From Eledone cirrhosa (lineage: Eukaryota): 64,000 nt of DNA. A program made the position numbers and the translations under genes. Of the stretch, positions 38,424 through 52,870 are shown one piece after another. Numbering within the stretch: the first letter of the stretch is position 1; every line of letters begins with the position of its first letter. The stretch covers positions 326,492,001 through 326,556,000 of the forward strand of contig OZ024741.1 in the NCBI GenBank assembly GCA_964016885.1, read 5' to 3'. The notes beneath the pieces are model-generated. The model was not told where the DNA came from. It made no database searches and saw nothing but the letters and a program-made list of their open reading frames with translations.

Positions 38424-39084
38424 TAGAGAGATAGAGAGACATGATGGTAGATAGATATAGATATATATGTACATTATGAATAATTAATCCACCAATTGTC
38501 CGCTGTCACTCTTTATCTGTTGCATTTTCTGCTTCAAAAGACTTGTAACTTTCTATATCATATTTCGACTTTGATTAAGTGAATGCTGAAATTAATTATT
38601 GAAACTAAGACTAGTTAATGGAGTGGTGGGATGGTGGATTGTCTGTGGAAGCACATGTGCCATTGACATACCAGATCATCGGTTGACAGTTCAAAACTAC
38701 TGACAATTGTCTCTAGATTCTTTTCGCTTGGCGTGATGGCTTAATCAACGCTCCTACATTGAGCTATTAAAGAACAGCTTCATTCGTCTGCCACCCGCCT
38801 AATGCTGCAAAAGCCCGTAAGTAATTGATTTGTTTTAATGTAATACTTTCAGATTAGATTCTATTCGCTTTACCACTCAAAGGGGTATAATTTAAACACA
38901 TAAATTCAAGGAACAATTTAGCAGAACATATGTAAAAATAGTTTCTAAATGATCTATTCAAAGAAGCACTTTTTCATTCTAATTAAATTTAGCAGTACAT
39001 AACAATTGGAGCTTTTCAAAGAGACTTTTCAAATATAATGATAACAGTTTTAAATATTAGAACGGAAACCACTCGTAATATCTA

Positions 39085-39436
39085 TAAATCAAACTTTATT
39101 TAGTAAGAAGAAAAGCTAGGGGAAACAAGGAAAGAAAGAATAGGGAAATATAGAAGAAAAGAGAGAAAGAAAGAAGGAAAAGAACAGGAAAGGGAGGTAT
39201 GACAAGAGCTCTGGTGTCTCAGAAGAGAGGGGAAGGGGTGAATGGGGAGGGCGAGTGAGCTTTGGGCCTAGGGCAAGGGGACAGAAGTGCTGCACCCCGC
39301 GGACAAGAAGCATTCCTCCGAACGATGGCCAGTCACACCCTCTGCAACAGCCACCCAACCTCCCGGGGGTCCCTCCTGAGACGGGCCGCCGACACTCCGA
39401 TTTTGTGGAGGAGCTCGGCAGTACGGGGTCCAAGTA
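39085..39436 (-). mobile_element. 3' end of a CRE-like RLE LINE
   Basis: Minus frame LGPRTAELLHKIG...DPREVGWLLQRV*LAIVRRNA resembles the QRxSxAIxRGNA C-terminus. Followed by a pyrimidine-rich UTR and AATAAA. Confidence 0.6.
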
Positions 39437-39749
39437 TGTTTCTTAATTCAATGAATCTTCATTACTGAGAAGATCATTGTGTTAATTTAGTATATTTACG
39501 TGATACAGCCATAGTGCTGTTTTATACGTAACCGTAACTTACTAGGATCGATTCAATCGACTGTCACCTCGACAAAGAGTGTTGATCATGTGCCTAAACC
39601 AGAAACCAATTTATACGTACTTTCTAGGAGTTTCTTAGTTAATAGTTAATTCCAATTTCTTAGTTTCGTAGTTAATTCCAATGTTTACAACATTTTGACT
39701 CGTGAACAGTTCATTCTAAACATTACTCTATTAGAATAAAGATTTAACA

Positions 39750-40052
39750 TTTCTATATGGTGCTGTATTGCTCATCATATAGATATGCAAATTGGCAAAT
39801 ACGTGGTGCTTTATTCCACATGACAAGAGCGCCTTGTTAATATGTTTTCATGTGCTGCTGTATTCTACATGTCAAGGAACACTTACTAATCCGTTTGCAT
39901 GTGCTTCTGTATTCTACATATCAAGGACGCCTTGCTAAGACGTGTTCATGTGCTGTTGTATTTCACATGTTAAGAAGGACTTGTAAGACGTTTTCATATG
40001 GTGCTGCATTCCACATGTTAAGAATGAATTTGCTAAGACGTTTTCATATGGT
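39750..40052. repeat. Degenerate minisatellite, unit about 45-50 bp, 6-7 units
   Basis: Recurring TTTTCAT(A/G)TG(G)TGCTGTATT...ACATGT(C/T)AAG...CTTG(C)TAAGACG. Confidence 0.8.
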
Positions 40053-41402
40053 GTATAACGTTAAGAGTTAAACACTTATCCTTTGACATAGCCATCATGT
40101 ACTACATGAAAGGTGAGTTCTCAGAATCAATACAAGAATAAACCACTAGAAATGTAGTTCGTTGGTCATTGATATAGAAAAAATAAGCATTCTTGCTCCT
40201 AGTGTTAACATTTACGCACAAAGCCAATAAATTGAGTGGAGGTTAACTGGTATATTATTCTATCGACCCGTAAGGATGAACGACAAAGCTAACCTCTGCT
40301 GTATCTGAACTCAAGGATGTAACTATATGCTGTAACGCATATTTTTCGACGCTCTCTTGATACTTAATGTGAACTAGGTGGTGAAGTGGCCGAGTCGTTA
40401 TTGTGTCGTATGAAATGCTTTGGTATTTATACCGGCTCACTTAAATCGATGTTAAATCCCGCCGTTCATTCTTTCAGTGTTGATAAATAAATATTGCACA
40501 AGGGTCGAGGAACTGACGAAATTCATAAACAGACAAACTGAATGATTTGCCATACATGATTTTGCACTGTACGTTTAAATATTGCAGCATTCTACGAGGA
40601 GCTGCGAGTGGTAAATAATGTCAACAATGGAAAAGCCAATAAAAATATTGTTTCCTTGGTCACATTTAACGAACGGCTCCTTTAGTACGAAGTAAGTTCG
40701 GACATACGGACTTATGTACATAAGAAGTGGCAATAAACACCATGATGATGGGAAATGAAACCAATGGGAATGAAGTTTTGATATAAATATTGCAATGTAA
40801 GGAAATACAAACGCTATATCTTTTCTCATTAGATATGTCGTATAGTATCATTTATATGCTGTTATTTTTCTTATCTCAGGTAGTGAATAAAACCAAACAG
40901 AGCAATATCCTCACAGCTATTACTTGTCAATCTGAACTCTTGTATATGTGGCTTTTGTATTGTCTCTAGCGTATTGTTTAATTTCCTTTCTGCTCCGGAG
41001 AGCAATATTAATCGGAAACTGTATTGATAATAATATCATTATAGATATATGTCTTTATTTAACTGTACATAGTTTATAGTATTAACCACTAACAGTAGAG
41101 AAAAGATGATACGACATTACTGGTAACAATGCGATACATAAGTTAGAAATTGATCGAAGTTAACTGTCTGACAAGCATACTTAGGAAGAGAATAAACACT
41201 AGTAAAATTGTGATAGTATTAAATGGGCTAATGCTAAAAGTAATATTAATAGCATATATATATTATATAATTCGACTGGTATGCCTAAATGCAAATACAA
41301 CTACGATATAAACACACACACACACACACATACACACTTACACACACACATACACACTTACACACATACACACGCTTACACTCACATACACACTTACACA
41401 CA

Positions 41403-41440
<38 letters not shown>

Positions 41441-41787
41441 TACATATATATATGAGGCGGATTGGCAGGGTCGTTAGAACGTCAGATAGAATGCTTTATG
41501 GTATTCGTTCCAACTCTCAAAATTCAAATCCCGCGTACGTCAACTTTGCTTTTCATCTTTTTGATATCGATAAATAATTATTCTTCCGCTATATCTCTTT
41601 CTCATTTCTTTTTCTTACTCTCTATCTTTCTCTGGGGGAAATCTGTTGTACTCAGGCCTGGAAAGGGTTGGATTTCACCAGGCTTAAACTGCCCAAGAAA
41701 CACCGCATGTTAATTCGGTGCACCGACGACTCTATCATGATTTACGATATCAGACGTACATACATACACACACACACACCGCACACA

Positions 41788-41868
<81 letters not shown>

Positions 41869-41964
41869 GTAGAACACTGGAAGGTAATATCCGTAGTCGT
41901 GGAGCACTCAGTCCATGGGACGAGTTAGGTAGAAGTGGTTACACAACAGTTAGTTCAGCATACC

Positions 41965-42000
41965 GAGAACAATTGTTTCACATTAGCGGATCCTCAGCTC
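41965..42000 (-). ncRNA. Minimal type I hammerhead (weak stem II)
   Basis: GAG-CTGAGGA-TCCGCTAATGT-GAAA-CAATTG (palindrome)-TT-CTC. Confidence 0.6.
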
Positions 42001-42191
42001 CTAATGAACATGCTTATACGGAACAGGAAGGACAACCGTACGAACGCGCATGCGCAGAAACGATCACTTCACATAGGCAATACTAAATTGCGTGGGAGAG
42101 GTGTAGGGAGATAACTGCGAAAGTCCGAAAGTTTCTAGTTGATAAGAAAATTAGGATGTTGTTTTAATTCAATCTGGAGCTTTGTAGTTAT

Positions 42192-42757
42192 TTAAGCGGT
42201 GTTTCCAGACTGTGGGCAACGTGTGAAGAATTCATTTCTCGAGTTTAGGCATTCACTATTGCGTAATCTCTTTAGAATATTTATTCGTTCATCAATACAT
42301 AGTCCACACGCCGGATTTCCCCTTGCGTATCGCTTGGACTTAGTGATGCCTTTCCATTGAATAGAGTAGTTTATACTTGAGTCCTTGAGGGACCATACAT
42401 TGCTCGCGAGTTTCGTGGATGAACATCTGTCCGGGTACCTAAAGGTCAACTGGTGGGTCAGCAGGAAGCGTTCCTTAAATCGGCTCTCCGCCATACCCAC
42501 ATAGGATGTGGTTTATTTGTTCGGTTGGAAATGACCACAGCTTTATAAACTACAGCGGGTGTGTTGCATTGCTGTTGAATGGGATAAGCTTCGGGCTTAC
42601 GGCAAGAGTAACCTGGTGGGGTGTTGCTCTTAGGGCTGTTGGTGATGTGGGCCTTCATGTTCTTAGCGCAGGAGTATCCTAGTTTTACTTTGTGTCGGTT
42701 AAAGATGGAGCGGTATTTATGACCTATGGGAAAGTGTCTATCTAAGAGGGCTAGACA
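42192..42757 (-). pseudogene. GIY-YIG endonuclease fragment (frameshifted)
   Basis: HFPIGHKYRSIFNRHKVKLGYS, SCRKPEAYPIQQQC..AVVY, FKER, WSLKD, CGLCIDE, LNSRNE...RCP. Confidence 0.85.
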
Positions 42758-42833
42758 TTTTTAATGTCTTTAAATAAAAATAACAGGTCTATTCATGTTG
42801 ACATCTCTTGCAAAACTGTTGGTGCTGGCGTTT

Positions 42834-42877
<44 letters not shown>

Positions 42878-42889
42878 CAGACATATATA

Positions 42890-43008
42890 TTTGAAGGGGA
42901 GAGGGAAGTCGATTAAATCGGCCGCCAATGCATTAATGGTACTTTATTTTATCGACCCCGTAAGGATGAAAGGCAAAGCTAAACTCAGCGGGATTTGAAC
43001 TCAGAACA
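42890..43008 (-). mobile_element. SINE family A (partial)
   Basis: GGTACTTTATTTTATCGACCCCGTAAGGATGAAAGGCAAAG...GGATTTGAACTCAG. Confidence 0.85.
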
Positions 43009-43016
43009 TCGGTAAC

Positions 43017-43258
43017 CTCAATAGTTTTCCAAGAGATGGCAACATGACTGGACCTGTTATTTTCCTCTAAAAACATTTTTTTCCGTTTTAACCCTGCTCG
43101 TCCCTTCAATCTTTCTCATTTCAGATTCTTTCTTCTGATGAAGCACTAGCGTCAGAAACGTAGACCCTCTTCCTGCTATTTCAAGCGTTAACTTAATATA
43201 TTCCTTCCATATACTGTACCGATTGTGCTGTTATTTCTGTTTACCTTCTACACACACA
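43017..43258 (+). mobile_element. Penelope-type terminal cassette ending in (CA)n, with minimal HHR motif
   Basis: CTGATGA-A-GCACTAGCGTCA-GAAA-CG-TA (43135-43162). Homolog at 266-475; partial inverted homolog at 42762-42830. Confidence 0.6.
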
Positions 43259-43282
43259 CGTATATATATACATATATACACC

Positions 43283-43340
<58 letters not shown>

Positions 43341-45324
43341 CACCCCCATATATATATATATATATATAAATATATGAGTGTGTGTGTATGTGTGTGTGTG
43401 TGTCCTTAACGTAATCATGTGAGCGATTCTGCGCTTTTGATAAGGCTAACTTTTTGAATTATATCAATTTTAGGGAAAACTCCGACCCGCGAGCTGAGTG
43501 CGGTCCATTTGCTTTCTGAATTGCATGCCCTAATATTTTCTTATTAGTGCCGCCCACTTTATGATGATTCACATTTTATGCGCCCCATTGTTTGAGAAAG
43601 CTTGTCATGCATAAATTATACGATTAATGTATTTCATTAGTTACTTTACAATTTCTATCAAGATAATATCACTCACTTTCCTAGCCTGTTATTTATTTTC
43701 AAGATTTCCTTTTTGTTGAACCACTAGGTTATAGAACACATACGTAAACATACTTACCGACAAACACAGACACACACACTTGGGAAACCATATATGACGC
43801 GCATCTACAGATTCCGTCAACAAAATTTCATTCGCATTGTTCTACGCATGCCCCATTTTCCGTGTAGTGGAAGCAAAGCCACACATGTAAACACCGTTAC
43901 TGACATACAGAGTCACACACAAGCGCTCATATATGACAGTCCTCAGCAGATTTCTTCAACAAATGTCGCTGATATTGTTCAAGCCAAGGCTATAGTAGAA
44001 GACACGTGTCCAATTGTCCGTGCAGTAGGAGCAAAGACATAATTTTAGACATACAAACGCAGGCATACACGGGCGCGCACATATATGACCGGCCTCAGAA
44101 GATTCCTTTAAAAATGTTCACTCGCATTGTTCAACGCAAAGCTCTAGTTGAAGACACATGCCCCATTTTCCGTGTATTTGAAGCCAAGCCACAGACACAG
44201 ATGTAAACAGTTATAGACATAGAAACACAGACATACAAGAGGACGCCAATATATGAGGGCCCTCTGCATATTCTGTCAACCAAATTTAACTCACATTGGC
44301 TATATAATGTACAGCATACATGCGCCATTTCCCTGTGTCGTATTAGCAAACTCAGAGCCACATGATTGCAAATGGAGCCCCTTAAACACACAGCCATGCC
44401 AGCGTATGTATTATCAATTATAACTATAATACAACTCTAATTCATATGAAAATAAATGTGGAAATTTTTAGCCTTTATTGCAGTTACTGATTATGATTTC
44501 TGATTGTGCCCTCCCTCTATATCTACTTAAAAGTTTCGAAATAAAAATTGATGGAGTTGATCAACCTAGAGCTGAATATGTAATTAACCAAGTTAAATGT
44601 TTAATTCAAATAGTTTAAACAGCGTTTCTTTAATGTCTTCGAGTCATTTGAAATTAAAATGCGAAATCAAAGCGGACGCACACACAAACAGACACACACA
44701 CACAGACACACAGACACACAGACACACACACACACACATACCCCCACCTCGCCACACACACACAAGTATCAATGAATTCAATAAAAAAAAATAAACGTTA
44801 AACCATTTTAATTGAGTCTGTTACCAGAAGTTCACTTACAACTGTGAATACTTTGTTTATTTCTTCCGTTATCTTTTATCTCAATGGCCTCTCTAACGTA
44901 TATATACATACATATACAAATAGACACACACTCATATATGTATATATATGTGTATATATACATATACATATATATATATATACACACACACACACATTTA
45001 TATTTAAATGCATCCATATTCATACACATCTAAATACACACTCAAGCTCACACAGATTTACTTGAAACGCTAGATTAAAGCAATTAATATATGTCTCTTG
45101 CAACCGTGGTTTAATATATTCTGAGGATTATTTTTGACCCTAATTATTGCTTTTTATCCTTTTCGTCAATCTATTACATATTTATCTCTGAATAAGTTAT
45201 TTACCTATACCGTCATCTGCAACGTACTTCAGAATCATTGAATGGACATTCGCTGATTGAAGCCCTGTAATATCTATGGAGAAATATCTGCACACTGTTA
45301 GAGATTGCAGTCTTGTGTGATAAT

Positions 45325-45520
45325 GTTTTTTTTTATATAGGTACAAGGCCAGCAATTAAATCGACCCCAGTGGGTGAGAGGTACTTTATTTTATTGACCC
45401 CGTTAGGATGAAAGACAAAGTTAACCTCGACGGTATTTGAACTCAAATCATAAAGGGCCGTAACTCTATGCGGCAAAGTAAGGCGTCCGACCCTCTACTG
45501 AGACTGCCAATCCACCGCCC
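45325..45520 (-). mobile_element. SINE family A
   Basis: Full-length-looking copy. Further degenerate copies at 45640-46005, 46690-46905 (+) and 47110-47260. Confidence 0.85.
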
Positions 45521-48500
45521 ACAGTCGTGTGTAATAATAAAAGTCTTTTGTTACTCATATCTCGTTCCAAGCGGAGAAAAGGTACAACAGATGAAGAATA
45601 CGGATAAAAAATAAGGAAAAAATATATTTATATAATGGCTTTTAAGTTAGGCCCAAGTCCCTCTAATTGAAAAGAAGGGAAAATCGATGGCATCGATCTA
45701 AATACTACATTTTTTCGAACTCCTCAGAAGGATGAAAGGTAAAGGTTTTCTCGTGGCATGATTTTCACAGAATGTAAAGACCCGGTAGAAATATTAGTAA
45801 TCATGTCCTCTGACGCTCAAACCACTCCGCTAAACCGCCTTGTCAAATTTAGCGGGAGGCGAACTTCGATTAATTCGACCACATTGCTTTATTTTATCGA
45901 CATCAAAAGCGGGAAAGTTGTCCTCATTGAGCTTTAAAAACAAAGCCAAAGTAAGTACAATAAAGCGTGTTATCTGACGCTCTACCGATACTGCGAACCC
46001 ATCATCCTAATTTGCCTTTTCAAAATATCATATTATAATAAAGGGAAGAGTGCGGGACTGGGTCATGAATATATTTTTTTTATCCGGTTTGTAAAATAAG
46101 TTGGATTACTTTGAATAAATAATGAATGAATATTACATATTTTATGTACTAAATTTTGTAACTCATGATTAAATATAAATAATTTTATTGTTTATTTCAA
46201 GATTGACTTCTTTTAAACATTTCAAATGTCAATACTTCCGGTTATGATATAATGGACTCTATATTATATCGCTTATATAAATGTTCATATATTTGCATTG
46301 TTATATAACGTTTATATATAATATTTTCTTTTTTAAATGTATCATGGGTTACTTTACCCATTACAGACGACACAGTCTCTCTTCAATTTTTGTGTATATT
46401 CTCAATTATGATTTTAATATCACGCAGCATATATATTTGCGTATAATATCAATATGCACACTACACATGCTAGCAGAAAACCACCGGAAGTATGTTTTTT
46501 TCTGCTAGTATATATAATTATATAGATAAAAAATGTCCTTCTACATTGGTTTCTTCTCCAATTTTATTGATGTCAAGTATATAGTTGTCATGATGATGAA
46601 TATCATATATATTCAATTTGCATTCTTTGAAATGTAAGAAATTATTGCTAATAAAAAAGAAATTAATATTTATATATCTGCTAAAGTGGGGGATCATTAG
46701 AGCTGCTAAAGGCTCAGATAAAATACTAATACGGTATTTTTTCTGGATTTTTTTACTTTCTGAGTTTAAATCCCATCAAGTTCAAGTTTGTCTTTCATCT
46801 ATTTGGGATTGAGGAAATAAATTACCATTTAAATACTGGGATTGATTTAATCACCTTTGATCTTCTCCTAAATTTGCTGATCTTTGTCTGCATTAGAAAT
46901 GAATAATTATATATGTGCGCACGCATACATGGTCCTGGAACTCTGAGGAAGTAGCAAGGGTGTTATTTGGACATACGGGCTTTCAGGGCATTTCTTTCAA
47001 CCTGGCGTAGCCCCTCTCCTCTCCGGGCCTGAAAACAGCTGAATTCTTCCAGAGAAAGATATAGAGAGTGAGAGAAAGGAATTGAAAGGGAGGAACTGTG
47101 AAAGAGATATAGGGGAATAATTTACTCCAGTACTAGACTGGTATTATTTTTATAGACTTCGAATGAATGAAAGGCAAAGTTGACGTCAGCGAGTCAAGAG
47201 CCGAAAGGAATATCGTAAAGTATTCTATCCGACGTTCTAATGCTAATTTGTCGCCTTCTATTACTATATCTGTAGAGGTAAATTATAATCACTTTATTTG
47301 GTAGACTAGATGGAAAAATCAATTAATTGCCGCTTCGTATGTTGTGCCAGTTACCATCAAAACCTTCTGTGTACTCGGTATTTTTATTATACATAAATAA
47401 AGTTTTTCATTAATAATGTATTGGTAACACATAAAAAAATACAAATAAAAGTGTCAAATTTGATTGGGTATGTCTTGATGATGCGATGATAGACAATGCT
47501 GCATTGATTTATTACTGGTTGTGGCTAACTGGTTAGAGTGCTGGACTCATGATCAAAAGGATGTGCAGTCGTATTGTCGATTACTGGCTCGAGTGGCATG
47601 GTATTTTCCTGATGAAGTCACTTCATTTCACATTATTTTTTACGATTAGAGTCAAACCTTATAAAACATTCTAGAAACCTATGAGATGCACGTACATTTC
47701 AGGATCAGGCTGTTCCGCTGCTCGAATGGATTGGTATGCTCATCGTCGTAAACGACGGAGGTTCACCAATTATCGGTGTAATGTCTAGTGAAACAGACAC
47801 AACAGAAAACTTTAAATCTGAGCGTATATTTGAATATTCACGCAGTCATCTATTTTATTTGTGACATTCTATAAGATTTCATTTCCTTTTATTCAATCAA
47901 CGAGAACAAACGTCACCGGAACCGACGGATATCCAACAATACACAACAGTAAGTATTGCCAGCCGTTTGTACGTTGTTAGATAGACTGTAAATTAAATCA
48001 ATCAGGTATTAATCTCTTTTTACTATGATACACAGCTAATCATCAGTTTCTGCATACATCACGTAGTCAATTACACCAATACTATTCAATTTGTCAAGCT
48101 TGGCAGAACAACAATAAAGTTACACTTATAGCGATGTATCATTCACTCATGTCGTGTATTGAACGATCCAATACTAATCTTTAATTTAATCTGCTATTTA
48201 GATCTAGTTTAACAAACGTTGTCCACTCTCCACATTAACTAGCGAACGCCATAACTTTTCGTTAATGAGGAGTTGAGATATTCGATCAAATATCTCCATC
48301 ATGATGGTTTATGGCAACAATATCATCTTAAAGGATTCATAAATGCGATGAATTTACATCATTTACGTGAGATAATTAGTGTTCTGTTACTATTTGTAAC
48401 TGAGAAAACAAATTAGAAAGATTAAAAAAACATAATTAAAATAAAATTATGATTCCGAATGTGTCATTTTAATTATTAGGAATTAATGAATTGATCAAAT

Positions 48501-48727
48501 TATAAAAAAGTATAAAATAGTAAATCTGCAAAATATGTACACTACCACACTTTCAGACAAGTAATATCATTATGACGTCCTATTGCTTGTGCGCCCAACA
48601 ATATGACGTGTGTTTTTCCTGCCAGGGACATATCAAACATATCGATTTTCATCTCAGGATACTGTTCTCATAATCAACAGCAAATGCATGAAGGGCATCT
48701 CGATTGCATGGAGAACGTGGAAATAAT

Positions 48728-48900
48728 TATAATGGTTTCTTATATAGGCACAAGGCCAGCAATTAGGGGGGGGGGAGGCGATTAAAGCGACCCCAGTGCG
48801 TGACTGGTGCTTTATTTTATCGACCCCGTAAGGATGAAAGGCAAAGTTAACCTCGGCGGGATTTGAACTCCGATCACAAATGTCCGTAACTCTATGCTTA
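48728..48900 (-). mobile_element. SINE family A
   Basis: GGCACAAGGCCAGCAATT...TTTATTTTATCGACCCCGTAAGGATGAAAGGCAAAGTTAACCTCGGCGGGATTTGAACTC. Confidence 0.88.
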
Positions 48901-49030
48901 AACGATAAATGTAACCTTAGCATCTTATTTTGTTATTTTATATATATATATCGGTTCTAAATTTAATTTATATATATATATATATATAAAATATTAACAA
49001 ATGGAAACTATATTTATAAAACCATATCTA

Positions 49031-49090
49031 TTTTATTATACATATTTCAAGGACACCACGTTAAATTATGGTATGCTTTCATCAGAGAGT
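49031..49090 (-). ncRNA. Hammerhead motif with disrupted stem I, between (TA)n tracts
   Basis: CTGATGA-AAG-C-ATACCAT...GTGGTGT-C-CTT-GAAA-TATGTA-TA-ATAAAA. Confidence 0.65.
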
Positions 49091-49101
49091 GATGCATACG
49101 C

Positions 49102-49137
<36 letters not shown>

Positions 49138-49610
49138 ACGATATTAACATACTTGTTGAGTGCTTTATATCAGTTATAAAAATAGTTGCTTGTTGTATCC
49201 CAACAATTTAAATAGAACTTTTGCATATATATATATATAAAAATTAATTTCATATATATAAAAATTAACTTTTTTTGTTTATATTTTAGTCGATTGATAA
49301 AGCTTAAAAATTAGGAAAGGTGGAGTCAGCCTTACTATGGTGTGTTTTTAAGATAACCGAATGGTATTTGGCAGGTGTGAACTCGCGTTCCATGGGTGAC
49401 GATTGTCAGTTTTAACTTTTGACAGGGTCTTATATACCCAAATTCTTAGATTGATTTTCATATTTATAAACGAGCATTGAAGCTGTCAACTCCAGCTGTT
49501 AATTGTAAATCTGTAACTCGAACAACTGTTCTAAAAATAGATTGTTTATCCACACATATACGCCCACACGGATATACATATGCATACGCTTGCGCGCGCG
49601 CACACACACG

Positions 49611-49699
<89 letters not shown>

Positions 49700-51418
49700 T
49701 ATGCATCACTCTCTCTGTCACATATATATATATATATTTATGAATATACACAAATATTTTAGTTATATATATATAACTCTGGTAGGATGTTGAACTTAAG
49801 GAGTCAGGTGATGTAAGTAAATACTACGCAGTATTTTAATACGTGAAGTCAGCTATTGTTATTTGCCACACAAATAACGATGATTTATAATCTTTGCACA
49901 AAGCAAGCAACGTATGGCGAAGAGAAAATCAATTATAATGACCTAAGTATAGAGTTGGCTGAAAAGATCATAGGCTGAAAATGTTATAAGCTGACCAAGA
50001 TACTTTCATGGAATGATCAAATGTATTTTAATTTTCAACATAGACCAGAAACAATGCAGTTATTAATAAGAAGAGTTGAAATTAATGTAGATACGATTTA
50101 GCAGGTCTAGATCTAGCATCACTCCAATGTAGTCAGACTATGAACTTTTCAGCCCATTCTCGTCATTGGAACTTTATTTCAACGACGTCAGAATGATGAA
50201 AGGCAATGTTAATTTCGTGCAGATTTGAACACGGACGTGCAGATTCGAAGGCTTCGTCTGATGTCCTACAAATTCTAATTAAGACAGAATTATGTTTGAT
50301 CTACTCAGTACCGAGGACATCTCTTCCAGCTGTTTCATCAAAGCAATAGGTGACTCGTAAATTTAGCATGCACCTGGTGGAGCATTCCATGATTACACGT
50401 ATCGTTAATGTGCTTCCCGTGGAGATCAGTGTGACATAGTGTCTGACAAATCTAGTATTTGAACTAACGGTACAGATTATAAGGTAATATAGTATGTAGC
50501 TGAGTACTCAACAGACACGTGCAGCATTAACGTAGTTCTTAGGTAGATTGAGAATGAGATAGTGACAAGATAGTGACATTACAGGTTAGTTTTCTCTGTG
50601 TTTGACTAAATGTTAAACTGTTTATTATTTTTATTTAATTTTATCCTAGAAATGTATTTGAGTAATTTGAAATGAAATCATTGTTTCCAGTTCAGTGAAC
50701 TGCAGCAATGTGAAATAAATTGTTTTGCTAAAGAACACGACACAATGCCCTATACTCCAGTCGAACTCACGACCTTGCATTCGTAAATTCAACACCCTAA
50801 TTACTAGACTGTCCACTTTCGCACGTTCTATCACAAGAATAATTAACACTTCAAAACGGAAAAAGAAAAAGAAAAAAAAACCCCCAAAACATACGTCTTG
50901 TGTTATATATTTTATAAGGGTAGCTTGGGCGGAGAAAACACAAGTGTGCGGTGATGTAACTTCCTTCTAGCTATCATATTACGCCCCTTTGCGTTCTGCG
51001 CACAAATCCAGTCATCGAGGTTTGGCTTCGATACTCATCATTGAGGCGTTGAGAAATTAAGTATCATTCAAGTGCTGGATCAATACAATCAACAATACAT
51101 ATATTCTCAACCACCATCCAACAAAAGTAATGGTAACCTTGTGGCTATGTGAGATATCATAAGTCGTGAATGTTATAATCTGCACACGCGCAAAGGAAGC
51201 TATCAAAAATACTTGTATAATTGAGTTTAAAGATCGATTAAAAAAAAAATTATCTCAGGGTAAAAGATGGTTCTCAAATGTGTGAATCCTCCATCTCCCC
51301 ACAAAAAATTGATTAATGCATATAATCGAATATTTCTTTAGAAACATCTGGTTTTTTTGGGTGGGTGGGTGGGTGGGGGGTGATATATGTAATATATACG
51401 CGTATGCATGCAGGCATG

Positions 51419-51452
<34 letters not shown>

Positions 51453-51971
51453 TCTCTATATGTTACTCTATCTGCAAACACACACGTAGACACACACACA
51501 CAGACACACACAGGCTAACACGCACACACACACACACATATATATATATATGGGTGTGTGTTTGTGTGGCGTATATATATTTAAGATATGTCGCACAATT
51601 AGTTTGGATACATGCACGCATACAGGCAGACAGATACGTACACATTAATACTCATAACATTTATATTATATCTTTATATTTAAATATATACATATTAGCA
51701 TAGTACCCGTCAAAATGCACCACACAATAATAAATAAAGGAAAATATATTTATTCAAAATAAGGAAAATAAATTTGTGCAACTGGTTTCTTACTCAACCA
51801 TAACAAGCCAACGCACATATGCTCCCACCACAATACACTCACAGACACATACAATTGTTGTTCATTTTGCATACAATTGTTGTTCATTTTGCTAATTAGA
51901 CAACTTGTTATTATAGTTGTCATTATGATAGTGATATTAATTGTAATAATAATAATTATTATAATTTCTGT

Positions 51972-52870
51972 CCTGGAAAAGTCGAAATCATTCAAAGTAG
52001 CAGTCGGATTCTGCCAAGAGTGTGTACTGTCAGTTCTCCTATTCTTTATTTTCATGGGCAGTTGGTGTGGAAGTTGTAACAAGACTGGTAGGTGTAATAT
52101 CAGTCGGCTGGAATTTGCAGACGACATGGTGTTACTTAACTCGACAGAAGGTGATCTCCAACGTGATAGGTTAGATACCGAGTGCTGCATGGCTGGAATG
52201 AAAATCAGAGTTGCGAAAGCTGCGACACGCTTCCTCTCATGTACTGTGCACTGCACGTGTGAGTGAGAATTCCACTGAAGCAGGTGGAGAAGTTCCAGTG
52301 TCACGAGTGATGGAAGGTAGGAGGTTGAATTAAGTGCAAATATTGTAGAAGCTGGTGCAGTAATGCACCAGCTTCAGCATTCGGTAATCAGAAGACGGGA
52401 GGTAGGTGTAAAAGCCAAACTCGCTTTCTTCAACCCTTACCTATGGTCATGAATCTGCCCGAATGTATAAGCGTGAATAGAAGCGGCCGGAATGGGGTTC
52501 CCCGGAAAGATCTTTGGGTAACTTTACTCCATAGAGTGTGTACCTCGGAAATTATAGATTCACTCCAGATAAAGCCATTACTTCTCTGAATTGAGAGATC
52601 ACAACTCCGATACTATGGTCATATATTCAGAATGTCTCAGTAAAGAAATGCTGGACAGATTTTACGGGCAAAACCAACCGACAGGAGACCCAGGGGTAGA
52701 CCTCGAGTAAGATTGTTGGATAACATCCATGTGCTTTGATGGACTCGCTGGGAGATCCAGCCGGATCAGATGCAGAGGGTTGCTTCTGACAGGACTCGCT
52801 AGAAGGAATGTTTGAGAACTCTGCCCTCACAACCCTCTCAGGAATAATTGGGCGAAGAAGAAGAGAAGAT
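51972..52870 (+). pseudogene. Degenerate RTE-type LINE RT and 3' end
   Basis: SKSFKVAVGFCQECVLS.LLF...FADD...GMKI, then eroded TYGHE, IERSQLRYYGH and RPRGRPR motifs; ends in GAA repeats. Confidence 0.75.

Larger units (their letters stand above)
41866..42757 (-). mobile_element. 5'-truncated Naiad-type Penelope-like element with HHR and tail
   Basis: GIY-YIG fragment, short UTR, HHR at 41965-42000, tail hairpin at 41904-41925, then (TA)n 41825-41865. Confidence 0.85.

Noticed and set aside
39750-40052. CRISPR-like periodicity
   Set aside because: Whole units are degenerate copies with no unique spacers; this is a eukaryotic minisatellite.
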